In this document: positions 37,217 to 51,557 of the stretch, one piece after another | Position numbering within the stretch: position 1 is the stretch's first letter | How the letters are laid out: each line of letters opens with the position of its first letter | Source: Chrysomallon squamiferum | Taxonomy: Eukaryota > Animalia > Mollusca | Assembly (NCBI GenBank): GCA_012295275.1 | Contig: CM022669.1 | Span: 5,518,001-5,582,000, forward strand | DNA length: 64,000 nt | Direction of reading: 5' to 3' | The notes under the pieces: generated by a model | Seen by the model: only the letters and a program-made list of their open reading frames with translations | The model's database searches: none | Told to the model about the DNA's origin: nothing | Made by a program: the position numbers and the translations under genes

Positions 37217-40200
37217 CCTATGTGTGTGTTTTGGGGCGGGTTTTATATGGTATAAAACTGAGGTATATATATTGTACACACACAACCACACACACACACA
37301 GACACACACACACACACGCACACAGACACACACACAGTTTGAATATGTGTAACTATGTATGTAAATATGTATGTATGTCTGTATGTCTGGCTTGTTGTCT
37401 GTCTGTATTACTGATATGTATTATGTATGTATATTGTTGTGTATGTATACACACACACACACACACACACGTGTTTGTGAGCATTATTTCGGGTCAGCAG
37501 AGAAAAATACGACACAGAAATTAAAATATTAATATCGTACGAGTATGAGCATTTGTTTGCGTATAGATATGTTTATAGAGACGAGTACTTGAGAGGTGGT
37601 TTGTTATTTGAACCTTTTTAAACGGCAGACTAAATAATCTTTTCTTGAAAGTATATAAAACCATTACAAACACAAGATGATAAGATGTTTTATACGTTTC
37701 AACAAGTTAACATTGTCACCACTGCCGATTGATTTGGTAAACGGAACCCATACACACATGTTCCGTGTGATAATGGAATAATAGTACAATACACACACTT
37801 GTTACAGGTGTAACATATAACGTTTATTTTGCAGGGTTCGAGAGCTGCGCTGTTTGTTGTTTGTGTCGCTCGCTATTTCTGTAAAAACCAGTCGATCTGC
37901 AACCGGACATGAAGGGCACGTGAGCGGCCATTAAAAACCTCCGTCTGTTTACCAGCGATTGGCTAGTGTATTGATCACGTGACAGACGGTTTTTTTTTTT
38001 TTTTTTTCTTATTAGTTCCTGTTTGTTTGAACGGCGGAGTTGACGATGTGTAGGTCATTGTCAGGCTTGCTGTGACCCTGCGATAAACAAAAACAACGTG
38101 GACGTCTCGCACCTCGTTCTGATTAAACTGCGCTGTTTGCTGCGGAGATGGCGCCTGCAGATGAAGTACACCGAGCAGACGACACATGTGACACAAAACC
38201 GCCAACTGTTGACAAAATGTGGACATTCACATGTCGACAAAATGAGACATTTCAAGACCAGTGTCAAACTATAAATGGCCGTGATAGATTCCTTCAATGT
38301 CAACTGCATGCTGTCTTTTAAATTTTTGTAATGTTAGATTTTTAATTTCATCAGTACATATGCATACACATATACACATATATACACATAAATATACAGA
38401 CGCATTTACGTATTATTACATTATTTACTTATTCTTTTCATTTTTGTTTTAAATGAAGAAGCCGTAACATCATCAGTTGCAGTAGTAATAGCAGTAGTAG
38501 TGATATTAGTAATAGTAGTAATAGTAATAGAAGTAGTAGTAGTTGTAGTAGTAATATTATAGTAGTATAAGTAGTAGTAACAGTATAAGTAATCGATTTG
38601 GTAGAGACGGTGTAGCAGAAGTAGTAACAGTAGCAGCAATAGTAATGGCAGTAGTAGTTGTTGTAGTTGAAGTAGTTGCAGTTATGACAGTAGCATAAGT
38701 AGTCTAAGAGGCAGTAATGAGAATGCTAACAGCAGCAGGAACTTTACTTGTACAAACGCTGATGATGATTGTGGTTGTTGATGGGGCACATTAACCCTTC
38801 GGCTGGTAAAGGCTGTAGCTCTAGGTTTTCAATTATTTCAGTTTGAGACAAACATTTTCAAAGTGGTCAGCCAAGGCCAGGGAAGTTGACATTTGCATTT
38901 ATTTGACTCTATGAGGGTAATTTCTGATGACGCTCTCTTTAGCAATGTTTTGAAAATACAGCTGTTACTCCAAACTGCTGTCATATTAAGGATCTCAGCA
39001 GTGAAAAATTAAACAGAGATTTTCGTTTTTTCTGCCTTGATGTGACAGAAGCACAATTAAATCACTGTTACAGAAATTGTTGGGCTTCAGTCTCTTGCGA
39101 ATCTTTTCACACACTTAAGAAAAGTGTTACGCTGGAAGATGAGTCATTTCTGTTTAAAGATTTCTTTCTTTCTTTCTCTTTTCTTTTCTTCTTCTTCTTT
39201 TCTTTCTCCTTTTCTTTTATCTGCTTAATTGGTGTTTTTTGTCTGATGGGTTTTTGATCTTTCATATAACAGTAGTAATAACATTGTAACTGTAACAAGA
39301 ACAAACGACAGCAGAAATAACAGTAACAACAACAACAACAGCAACAATATTAATTATTGCAATAATAATAATGTCAATAATGATAACAATACTACTAATA
39401 ACAACAACAACAACAATAATGACAATAATAACAATAACAAAAACAACTACAACAACAGCATCAGCAACAGCAAAACAATAATAGTAATCATGATGTTGAT
39501 TATGATGATGATGATTAAATTATTAATAATAACAACAATAAGAAGAATAATAAAAAGAAATAGAATAATAATAGTAATAATAATAAATTGTTTTGTTGAA
39601 TGTATTTGAGTGGCAACTAAACATTTCTGTTCGACTGTTGTTGTCACTGTCTGAATGAGCTCACTGGACTTTTTCCCGTTCATGCCAGGTCCCCCAGTAT
39701 ATAATAGGAGACAGCTATCTTATTATTTCTTGTCTTGTTCCAAAAGATTTATGCACATTAGTCATTTTAAAAATGATAATAAAAATAGTAATAATATTGC
39801 AGTAGTAGTACTGGTAGAAGTAGCAGTAGAAATAGTAGTATGAGCGTTTGTAGCAGTAACATTAGTAGTAGCAGTAATATTAGTATTAATGTGTAACAGT
39901 TGTAACAATGGTAGAAGTTATAGTCTTAATTGTAGTAATAGTAATAGTTTTTTATATTAGCTGTTGTACTTGTTGTTGTCACAGAAGTAGTAGAAATGGT
40001 AGTAGTAGTAATGATAGTAGTGCTGGTGATGATGCTGATAGTAATAGTTGTTGCGGTAGTGGTAGCCGTTGTATTAAAAGTACTTTCTGATTTTCTGAGT
40101 CATACCTAAAATGTCTTCATTAAACAGAAGAAACTCGATGGAATCAGACATATTTATACATAGAACGAGAACACAAAGATTTAATCGCATGTCGACAAGA

Positions 40201-40427
40201 GAAATTTCTTAACCTTGGAACAAACAGGCATTTCTCATGATGTTTAGGGACTGTGGATAGCATAGCCCGGAGCTGTAAGAAAAGTGGACAGTTTAAATGT
40301 GAATTATCGCATGCCTACGTATCAATTACCAGATTGCACTCGTTTAAATGTTCCTGTTCTGAATATGTATTAAGGCAGTATGTAAGCACATCATTATTCC
40401 AGATAGCTACAGCGCCTACACATTCTC

Positions 40428-40514
<87 letters not shown>

Positions 40515-41147
40515 TGTATATCTGTGTGTGTGATTTAGCTTTGTATGTGTAACAATACGTTATTTAATTTAATTCAGCAATTATGTACTTTTCTTTATTA
40601 TAAAATATCAGTTAATAAATTTTATACTGATATTTGATTAAAAATTATTTCCAACGAAGAAATAAACACTTTTGAACCGCCTAGTCATCTGGGACTAATA
40701 ATACTTTCAGACACAATTCGTACAGTGGTAAGTCAGTAAAATTTATAAGCTCAGTCAGTGTAGAATTGTTGACTCAAATCTTTGCATGCGCTATCAAGTC
40801 TTGTTGTCATGGTAGTATACACATGAAACAAGTGTGGCTATGACAGTAATGAAAAATGAAATCAAATTGCAGTGAAAATACAAATGTCTCTCTGAAATGC
40901 ATCTACAGTTTTGTTGCACAGAACGAAACGTGTGTTTAGTGCTGTGTTTCTTTGATTCTTGTTTCTGCACACATTGGTCAATACTTCAGTATTTTCTGTA
41001 TCAGTTTTGTGTGGATGTGAGAATTTAAAATAGCTAGCTTTTATGACTGAGTGTACATGGATCTCACTCAGAGATGGCAGATGGACAGATTAACAGGTAG
41101 ACAAACAAATATACAGACAGAGACAGACAAACTGTACAAAGAGAGAA

Positions 41148-41224
<77 letters not shown>

Positions 41225-41263
41225 AACAGACAGACAAACAGTACAAAGAGAGAAATATATAGA

Positions 41264-41355
<92 letters not shown>

Positions 41356-41991
41356 AGACAGACAGACAGACACAGAGACAGACAGATGTAATATAACAAA
41401 CGTCACAGACAATCAATAGAAAAAAATACATTTATTTTTTGCTACGTATTTGACAAAATCTGACAAAAAAACTGCAAAATAAAACAACAACAAAAGTAGA
41501 AGCCAGCTCAGCTACGTAAAACGAAACAGTGTATTGTACCAAACAAAAAACAACAACAAAAAAACAAAAAACAACAACAAAAAACACACAAAACAAACAG
41601 AAACAAAACACTTTGAGAATTACTGGGAAACACTTTCACTTCACCTGTATCGAGATGTAACGCTTTTACAAATCTCTGGCAAATATTTACTTTTTGCTGT
41701 TAATACAATCGGATACAAAATACAGACAGTTCTAAGCTTTGATCTCCGGCTAGTTCGGAATACAGGTAAAGTCTGTGTAGTGGTTCCCTGCCTGCTGAAG
41801 ATATCTGGCGTTCCAGTAGATACAGAGTGATTTCATGTGTTGTTTTATTTGTTAGAGAGAAAAAAAAAAAAATGTATAGAAATTTTTATTTTCCACTCAG
41901 TGGTTTATGGATCAAAAAGTAAAAGAATGTATATAGTTATGTGATGAAAATGATAATGTTTATCATGTTGATGATGATGATGATGATGATG

Positions 41992-42056
<65 letters not shown>

Positions 42057-42573
42057 GTAATAATAATAATAATATAATAATGCTGATAATAACAATAATA
42101 ATGTAATAATAATAATTATGATGATGATGATGATGATAACGACAATAATAATAATAATAATAAAACAATAATGATGATGATGGTTATAATGATAATAATA
42201 TTAGTATTATAATGAAGATAAACCGCAATAATGACAAGCAGGGGTCAGTTTGGCATTCCTGAAACAATAAATGATTCATTATTCTAAAGATTGTCAATAC
42301 ACAAATCTTAATTCGTTTCTCATGTAATGCTTTTAAAATCTTGTTTATAAATTTCTGGATAAACATTACTCTAAGAAATATGCTAGCTGTAGTTCATAAA
42401 TGGCGTGTAAATATTTAAAACTGTTAACAGACACATCTATTTCTGTCAAACGTTTCCACTTATGTGGAATATGTATTGATCAATGAGACATTATGTAACG
42501 CCATCATTTATAGGTATGCAAAAACAAAACAAAAAAAAAGAGAAATAGAGAGAGAAACCCCCCAGAAATTAAT

Positions 42574-42677
<104 letters not shown>

Positions 42678-43101
42678 AGGGAAAGAGAGAGAGGAAAACG
42701 TATATTTTTTGTTATTTTATTTATTTGTTTGTTTGTTTGTTTGTTTGTTTATTTGTTTATTTTACTCTTCAAATGCACTGTCTTTACAGATTGGTTGTCT
42801 TTGACACAAATCTCACCACACAATGAGACAAACTCTGTAACCTGCAAAATTCCAATTAGTATCAGTTACTCTGTCTTCACAGTCTGCGATCAATATCATC
42901 ATAGCAATAATTGGAAATAAAAGGGAATTCAGGTTAAGTGATATAGGAGAGCCTTCCCACGTATAACAAACTCGTACACTGACTTGTATAACCTCCCTGG
43001 GCATTCACGCATCCACCCACAACTCCCTTACACAATACACATATAACATGTACACTTAAGGACATATGTAAATAGATGTACATTGCATATGTAAAGACAA
43101 A

Positions 43102-43133
<32 letters not shown>

Positions 43134-43319
43134 TATATTTATATATGTATGTATCTATGTATGTATGTATATATATACAAACAGTTACCTACAGACACAC
43201 AGACACACAAATAAACACATAGATATAAATACAATAAAGATATAAAGATTATTGATTTCAGTCAATATTTTATTGACATTCGTAAACTTAATTTGTATTA
43301 AGTATCAGAAAGATAGGTG

Positions 43320-43445
<126 letters not shown>

Positions 43446-44027
43446 TAACTGCATACACAGCTATAATTAATCTTCAGATACAAATCTACGACCACAGATC
43501 AAAGAAATGGAAAACGCTGACAAAACGTCAACAGCTCAGAACGTGTTTAGATATATCATAAAACACACCATCACAAACACGTGACCATATTGAAACAGAT
43601 AGGCAAATCCTAGGACATACAAAGTGACACTACGTTTAGTTTGTGGGTCACTGCCAACATATCACTTGTGATGACAGGATTTATTCTTGTTATATGAAAT
43701 CTGTATAAATAATGAAAGAGTTCGATGATATACACGTGTGTTTACATTTATTTTGTTTCAGTTTAGATTTAATATATTCCGATGATGCAGTGTAATGTTA
43801 GGATTTATTTTGTCTTATGACATCTACACAAATGTTTGTAGAATGAATTTAGTTAAACACTGAGTCACGTGTTGGAATAAATGAAATATGTTTACCTTTA
43901 TCGTGTTTAAGTTTTGTTAAATCAGTTTTTGTTTTACATAAATGGATTTTTCTACATACACACACACACATACACGTACACACATACACTCACACACACA
44001 AACACATACTAACACACACACAGATAC

Positions 44028-44069
<42 letters not shown>

Positions 44070-44457
44070 TATTGAACCAGATAACACAATCTGATTTTTA
44101 AATTTTGTTTAGGTAAATCTAAGTAAAGGTTTAAAGAACGAGTATATGTGTGTTTGTTTGTTTGTGTGTTCGTATACGTGAGTGCGTGTACGAGTGTGGG
44201 TATTTATTACTCTGTAAACGAATGCACTCACAGTTGTGAGATACAGAAAAGTACATTATTATAACTAAAGCGTAAATAACAGTGCCAACAGACATTCCAC
44301 ATCCCCGAAATCCTTTCCATCTTCTCCGAAACAAACTTTCAAGACAAATTATTGATGTAATGCTACAACGAAAACTTATTAATTTATATTGTTACTAATC
44401 TGAAGTAAAGCATCTTACATATATATTCGTACACACTAACAAACACATATACGCATA

Positions 44458-44546
<89 letters not shown>

Positions 44547-44574
44547 TACATACATACAGACATACATACATACA

Positions 44575-44800
44575 AGAACGGCGTTCTTCGTGGGAAGCGA
44601 TGATTAACTCGGTTATTGAGAAACTTTTTTTAAGATTTTCTCGTTGGCTGAACGGTAACATCGTCCGTCTTCGGAGTGCGGGTGAATGGGAGTCACACGT
44701 TCGAGTCTCGTCAGCGGCATCTGATGGGTTTGTGAGGTCGTGATTGGACTTTGTCCTCCTGCGCCAGTGAGTTCCCGAATATTAAGAATCCTAAACTACA
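44575..44800 (+). mobile_element. tRNA-derived SINE-like element, copy B
   Basis: A-box-like TGGCTGAACGG (~44645), B-box GTTCGAGTC (44699) and a (CATA)n tail; homologous to 21627-21900. Confidence 0.7.
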
Positions 44801-45093
44801 TACATACATACATACATATACAGACATATACATGTATACACATACATAGGTACGCGCATCCATTCACTAAGATTTCAAAACTGGATGTTTACTTACCTAC
44901 CTAACCACGTAAAAACCATCCTCATTTAAACACATATAGGCGTACACAAACATTCACATACAGTCATACACATATACACACATCATATAGAAATACTAGA
45001 TTTATATATATATTATACATACACGTAGTCATAAGCATAATGTCATATACCTACATATACATACTATTATACATATAATTATACACACATACA

Positions 45094-47283
45094 CAGGCAT
45101 CGAAATAAGGATCGTGTCAGGGAGCCCATTTAGAGGTTACCACAAAACAGGAACTGGTTACCACAAATTTATCAAGTTTACGATTCCCATTATTATTGTT
45201 GTGAAATCCCTTACGTAGAACATACGTGGTGAACAGTATGATATTTATCCATATCACTGTTCTCATTGTATTAATACTTTGTGTATAGGTATAGTGTACT
45301 GCATTTAATAACTAAACAAATCATGACAATTTGTGTTGTTTTATTGTTTTACTTCACTCGTCAAACAATACTGATATGAGAATCTGAATGATGAACTTGT
45401 TTCAGTTAGCACTGTGAGTTGTCACTGTCATCAGTGTCTGAAGTATCAACTGCTTCACTTCAAGCGTCATCCAAGTCCTCTGAATCTGATGTTGTAGATG
45501 CAAGAAAGTTCTCTACACACATTAGTTCATTGCAGGTTATTTTTATCACATCTGAAGAGGGCACAGGTAAGTATGTGTCGTGTGAGTGACAATGAGTCTA
45601 TAATCAGGTTGTCTATTGTACAAGATGCTGGTCTTTTTCTTTGTGTTTTATCATCTGCATAGAGGGAAACAGCTTTGTCTATAAGTTCATATGAAGGGTC
45701 ACAGCTTATAAGTGCAGGCAGGTTAACTCTAATCAGAAGCAAATCATCCAGTGTAGAATTGGACTTGTTCAACCTGATAAGCTAGGCTTTCAGCAAAATA
45801 TTTAGATGACACTTTAATTTGTTCCAAGCCATGTTTTGGATCAGATATATCCCACTGAGTGTGATCAGCTATATTCATTGCCTTGAAGATAAGGTCATTG
45901 AAAGAATCCATTCGTTTAATCAGCTGTGTTGAAATTGCTGGGATCAGGTTTGTTCTTTTATGTTTCACAGTCTCTCGTCCCTGGTGAACATGGTTCAGAA
46001 CAAACTTTTATTGTAGGAACAACTTTTTCAGCTTGTGGATTTTGCTTGTTACCTAACTGATTTTCTTGTTCGAATCTTATACTAGCTGTAAGGTTGGTAG
46101 CCTCTGCTGTAATGGTTGCCTCGTGACCATCTTCGCTGAGAGTAACTGGAAATGGCAGATCTGTCATCAGCAGCAAGTGTGTTGAGTTCATCTACAGTTG
46201 ACTTTCTCGTGTCAGTAACATCTGTGACTAATGGAGTTGCTTTCTAAGCAGCATGTGACAAACGGGCAGTTTGTTTCAGAGTGAGTCTGTAGAGATGCAT
46301 AGATGCCAGATATACACAACTCAGCCATGTGTTGAGGTACCCCTTTAGTCTAGCCTTTTGATCTGGTTTGCAAACTTTGTTTGAGGCCTCTATCATATTT
46401 TCCGCAAATAAACACAGAGGCAGAAAGTTTATGATCATAGATTTTATGGCCCTGTATTTATGAATTTGAAATCGTGTACCAGAAGCAAAGTCACCAATTT
46501 CAGCAAATGCATCTTTGACAGCCAGTTCAATTCTGTGTGCAGAGCAATGAATTACTAGCAACCATTCCCTGCCTTCAGTTTTCATCACAGTTAGAGCACC
46601 ATTCAGTTTACCAACATTAACATTTGCTCCATCTGCACAAGCACAAATAAGACATTTTGTGTACTTTTCACCAGTAAAGTCATAATATGGAAAGCATCAT
46701 CTATAACATGTTTGATACTGCCTGCAGTTATTCCACCGAAATTGCAAATTTTTTGACATTTAAGTAATAGTTCAACAGGCTGGCCCCTCAGGACAGTCTT
46801 CACATAAATTAAATCTTTAGTTTTGCGAGCTTCTGAGCCGTCTTGTTCAACTGACATGAAGTTGGCACATTGTATCATCTGTTTGATATCATCTCTCATT
46901 GTTTGGGCAATATAGTGAACAAAGTCCCTACATGAGTGGTCAATGTCCTTCCCACTTATAAACTGCACCCCATTCTTCTTCTGCAAGGCAGTCAGGGACT
47001 GGTAGTCAGACATAGGTCTCTTCTGCATAACCAACCACAATGCTCTATTGCAATGATTGTTATATTGTTCTTTACTGTTTTTTTCAAATAATTTTCTAAT
47101 GGAATTAGAATATGTAACTTTACGATTTACGTTCACACTATCAGAAGCTGAATTTGTTTGAGAGTCTGAACTGTTTTGTGAAAATTTATTTTTTGCCCAG
47201 TCGTGAAGGCTACCTGTTTTCACAGGCCTTTGCACATTTGATTTGTGTATGTAGCCTGTGACGCCATCGATACTGTCATACAT
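45094..47283 (-). mobile_element. Decayed hAT-superfamily (ZNF862-like) DNA transposon
   Basis: Five consecutive frameshifted or stop-interrupted ORFs with FMSVEQDGSE (first catalytic Asp region), IHCSAHRIELAVKDA (hAT CxxH motif) and a C-terminal LDDLLLIRVN.P. Composition changes abruptly at a CAGG end near 45094; no matching TIR was found at the other end. Confidence 0.75.
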
Positions 47284-48051
47284 ATATGCACGTGCTGTTA
47301 TTCACATAATTATATACACATACATACATACAGAAATTCATAGATAAGTATACATACACATATCTACACAGACTGAACATACAGCTTTACACAAAGATAC
47401 ACATACATACACATATACTTACATACATCTACAGTTATACATAAACATGCAGATACAGTAATATATATATATGTATGTGATTGTATATATACATATATAT
47501 ATATATATATAAACACACACAATCATATACATACATACATATCCAGTCATATACATATATAAATACATAGTCGTAACTATACCTACCGTACAGCAATACA
47601 CCTATTTACACATACAGTCACATACATACATATACAGTCAAACATAAATATGTACATACAATCACATATACATCTATACAGTCATATTCATATACATGCA
47701 GTCATACACATACACGTAGCTTCCGTAACATACATAAAAATACAGTGATAAATATGCATACACATGCAGTAATATACATATGTACACACATAAAGCCACA
47801 CACATACGTAAAACACGTAAATAAACCGATACCCAGATGTGTAGAGACATACACACACAGATTTTCAAGCGTCCGTGGTAAAAAGTCAGATAATGAATTT
47901 ATGTATTTTAAAAACTGAATTTAAACAGGTTCATGACTGTTGTTAGCTCTGCCATTGATCACAGACAGTAAGTACAAAAATGTCACACTAAAACGAAAAT
48001 AAATAACAATATATTATCTTAACTGTATGATGTCCTTCACAGACAGGGCAA

Positions 48052-48147
<96 letters not shown>

Positions 48148-48906
48148 AGAGAGAGAGAGAGAGAGAGAAAATAAGACGAAGATGATGATGATGATGATAA
48201 AAAGTAGGTAGAAAGAATCTACGAATGAAGAAAACTATAGAAAAAAAGAAGAAGATGAAGAAAACAAAGAAAGATAAACAATTGTGTAAAATAGCTGAAA
48301 GGTTTATGCTAGTTCCACCTTTAATTTCCGTCTCGATTTGTTTCCTGACCAGAGAGAGCCGAGTTAATCCTCAAACTGATAACCTTGTAAATTTTAACAT
48401 TCCCCGGACGATTTCATGGGAAGGGAAATTTAAAGTAAACCTGAGAGTAGGCGTTGGTCATGTGCAAAGGGAAACCTGCAGCATTTTCCAATCACCAACT
48501 CAAACAGTTTATATATTTTAAAACTGGTTTTTCAATTAAAGAGATCAAACATTAATGAGACATCTGTTTGAATTATCTTCAGGTAAAATGTAGTGGCACC
48601 GTGAATCAACAGGGCAAGACGAGAAGCAAACACAGAGGAGGGTGAAGATGTGTACAGAGAGAAGACTTGGACATTCTTGCAGTCTGACGTCGATACTCAG
48701 TTTTACCTCACAGAGTCAGTTTTGCCTCTTGTGCACTCTGAGTGTGTATCATGTTAGCCGTATGATATTTATGTCTAAAACAAAACCAGTTATGTAAGTA
48801 ATTCTGTTACCTTTCGTTTAATTTTCAGTTATGGAATAGAGTTGAAAAATGTATCATGTTTCCTGTGTGTGTATTTGTATGTGATAGAAAAGAAAATATT
48901 AGAAGT

Positions 48907-49004
<98 letters not shown>

Positions 49005-50029
49005 ACTCTCTCTCTCTGGATGTATGAATAGGTATGTGTGTAAGTGTATAACTAAACTCTCACATATCAGTGGATTATTTCAAATACGTCTAGCAGAAAG
49101 ATAACGATTATTTAATCGAAATCACAAAAGGTTCAAATATCAGCACAAAAATATTTTTTCTTTTCTTTTATTTATATTTTCATCTTTGTTTTTCATTTTC
49201 TTTACTTTTCTTTGTTTTTCTTTCTATAAAAATGACAACAACATTTTTGAACATGGCTTGTTTACATTCATTTTGTGGATAATGTTGTTATTTTTCTATT
49301 TGTAAAAACACAGAACAAACACGTCACAACAATGTATCGTTCTGACCCCGCTCATACAGTGAGCAATATCTGAAATCACTAAACGTTTGGACAAAGCCTT
49401 CGTAAAAATTCTCAGCCAAATATTTTACGAAATATCTTTAACTGACATGAAATATTTTAACTCCATGTTTTTCTAAACATCTTCACAGCTAGATGTTAAC
49501 AGCGAATGTGTCGAAATCACATATATTGATGTTAAGATTATTAAAGAAGATTCTCGCGTATTTTCAAATCTCGGTCATTCTGAATAAACTGAAGTCAAAG
49601 CTGCTTTAATTCTCTCCGCATTCTGGCGTTCTGGTGTCAGATCGAAACTGAAAACACTCGTGCAGTTTTCTGACGTTTTGTAAACCATTCCTTCGATTCA
49701 AGAAATCGTTTACAAGATGGGAAATCAATCAAATCTAAATTTATCAGATATGAAGTTTGAAAAGAAAAGTTATGCATAATTTATATCATATTTGTAAACT
49801 CTGTTATGGTCATCTGAATCCACATTTGTATACATATACGTACGGACGTACATACATGCACATAAAAAAATACATATATATATACATATAGCTATATACG
49901 GAGATATATACATACATGCATACATATACACATACACATACATATATATAGTTACAGGAACACGTACAAGCCGCACAGAATTTTAAATTGTTAATTAATT
50001 GTTTTAAGTTGCTCTGTTTTAAATTTTTC

Positions 50030-50155
50030 TGTTTTTAGTTCTCTAGCTGAAGAACTCTGCTCTAAAATCATTCATTTTTAGTTTTTATAACTGAAAAACT
50101 TTGTTTTCTAAAATCATTCATTTTTAGTTATCTAGCTGAAGAGCTCTATTTTTAA
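50030..50155. repeat. ~44-bp tandem repeat (about 3 units)
   Basis: tttttagtt...ctgaa(g/a)aact...tctaaaatcattca is repeated. Confidence 0.65.
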
Positions 50156-51508
50156 AAAGTTCCTATATATTTTGGGTTTCGATCTCCTTCAGCTTGCTTT
50201 TCCTTTTAAATTAGTCTTGGTAAACTGCTCTAACTAAAATGCTCTGTGTTTTAATTTGTTCTCTCGTTAAAATTGGTCTTCGTCGTGTTTATTACAGACC
50301 GTCACAAATATTTGACAACTCCTGTAGAAACAATGTCAAGTACACGACAGGAAAATATTGAATGTTTGTGTTTATTGTAAACACGATTGAATTAAACATG
50401 TACAGACCGTTTTACTTGCTTGTAAACTTTTTCTTTCTAATTTGGTTTAGTAACATCTGAACCTTAAAATGTTTTCAGATACTTTCGTTAACATGAGTTG
50501 ACAGTTCAGTTACAGCTTTATAAGTCTGACATTTCTAGAAACGAAATAGTAATAATAACACTTTCATTTAAAATATTAAAGTTAAAAGTAATTATAATAA
50601 TAATAATAATAATCAAATTTAATTTAAAAAAATATATATATAAATAAAATCAAATATATATAGTCAACTGAAGTGAAGTAGTTAGTTAATTAAACAAAGA
50701 AAACAAGACAAAAAGAAGAAATGATTATAATCGAATGGGCAAAATATCTTTGTAGCAATTTAATACCAATTAATGACGGCATAACTTATAATCTACATAT
50801 ATCAGTAAATACTAACTCGTAGATAACTCCAGCTCAATCCTTTGTTTCTTCAGTGTCTGAATGTACAACAGCGAAAACAGTATTTAAAGATAAACATGTG
50901 GAAACGTTCTGCTTTAAGATATCCTTGTAGAAATTATGACTACGATGATGATGATAATGATTTTGGTGATGATGATGGTAATTTTTAAGTTTAAGTCAGA
51001 AGAGGTTTTACTGTGTATTTATTGTGTTGTTTGTTGTTTTATTGTAAGTATAATAAATGTCATATAAAGATACCTCAGCTCGTTGTGTAACTGTCCGCTT
51101 TAAGGCGCTTCCATCCAGCCGGTGAAAATAAAATATATTCTCGTGTTAAAATGAAACAATAACTATGCTGTTTATTTTTAGGTAATTGTAATGTCTTCTC
51201 TTTTTTTTAATTATTGTTCACTTTTTTCTTCTTTTATTTTTTTTTTTATTTTTTATTTTTTTATTTTTTTTAAATTCTTTCAATTCTGTCCACATTTTAG
51301 TTTCACGTTCTATCCTTTACAACAGTTGTATCAAAGTTGTATTTCTAAAATATTTTTATTTTTTATTACAAACGACAGAGTTAAAAGTTTGTGTGATTTA
51401 TTACATTTACACTTGCAGAAGAACAATAAATCACAGCAAAATATTCAGAACAAGTTTAGTTGACAAGGCAGGTATATCTAAGCTGCAAAATTATTTAATA
51501 ATAATAAC

Positions 51509-51557
<49 letters not shown>

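Noticed and set aside
44640-44720. Possible tRNA gene (A and B boxes)
   Set aside because: No convincing cloverleaf; it is part of a longer dispersed repeat with a microsatellite tail, so it is called as a SINE.
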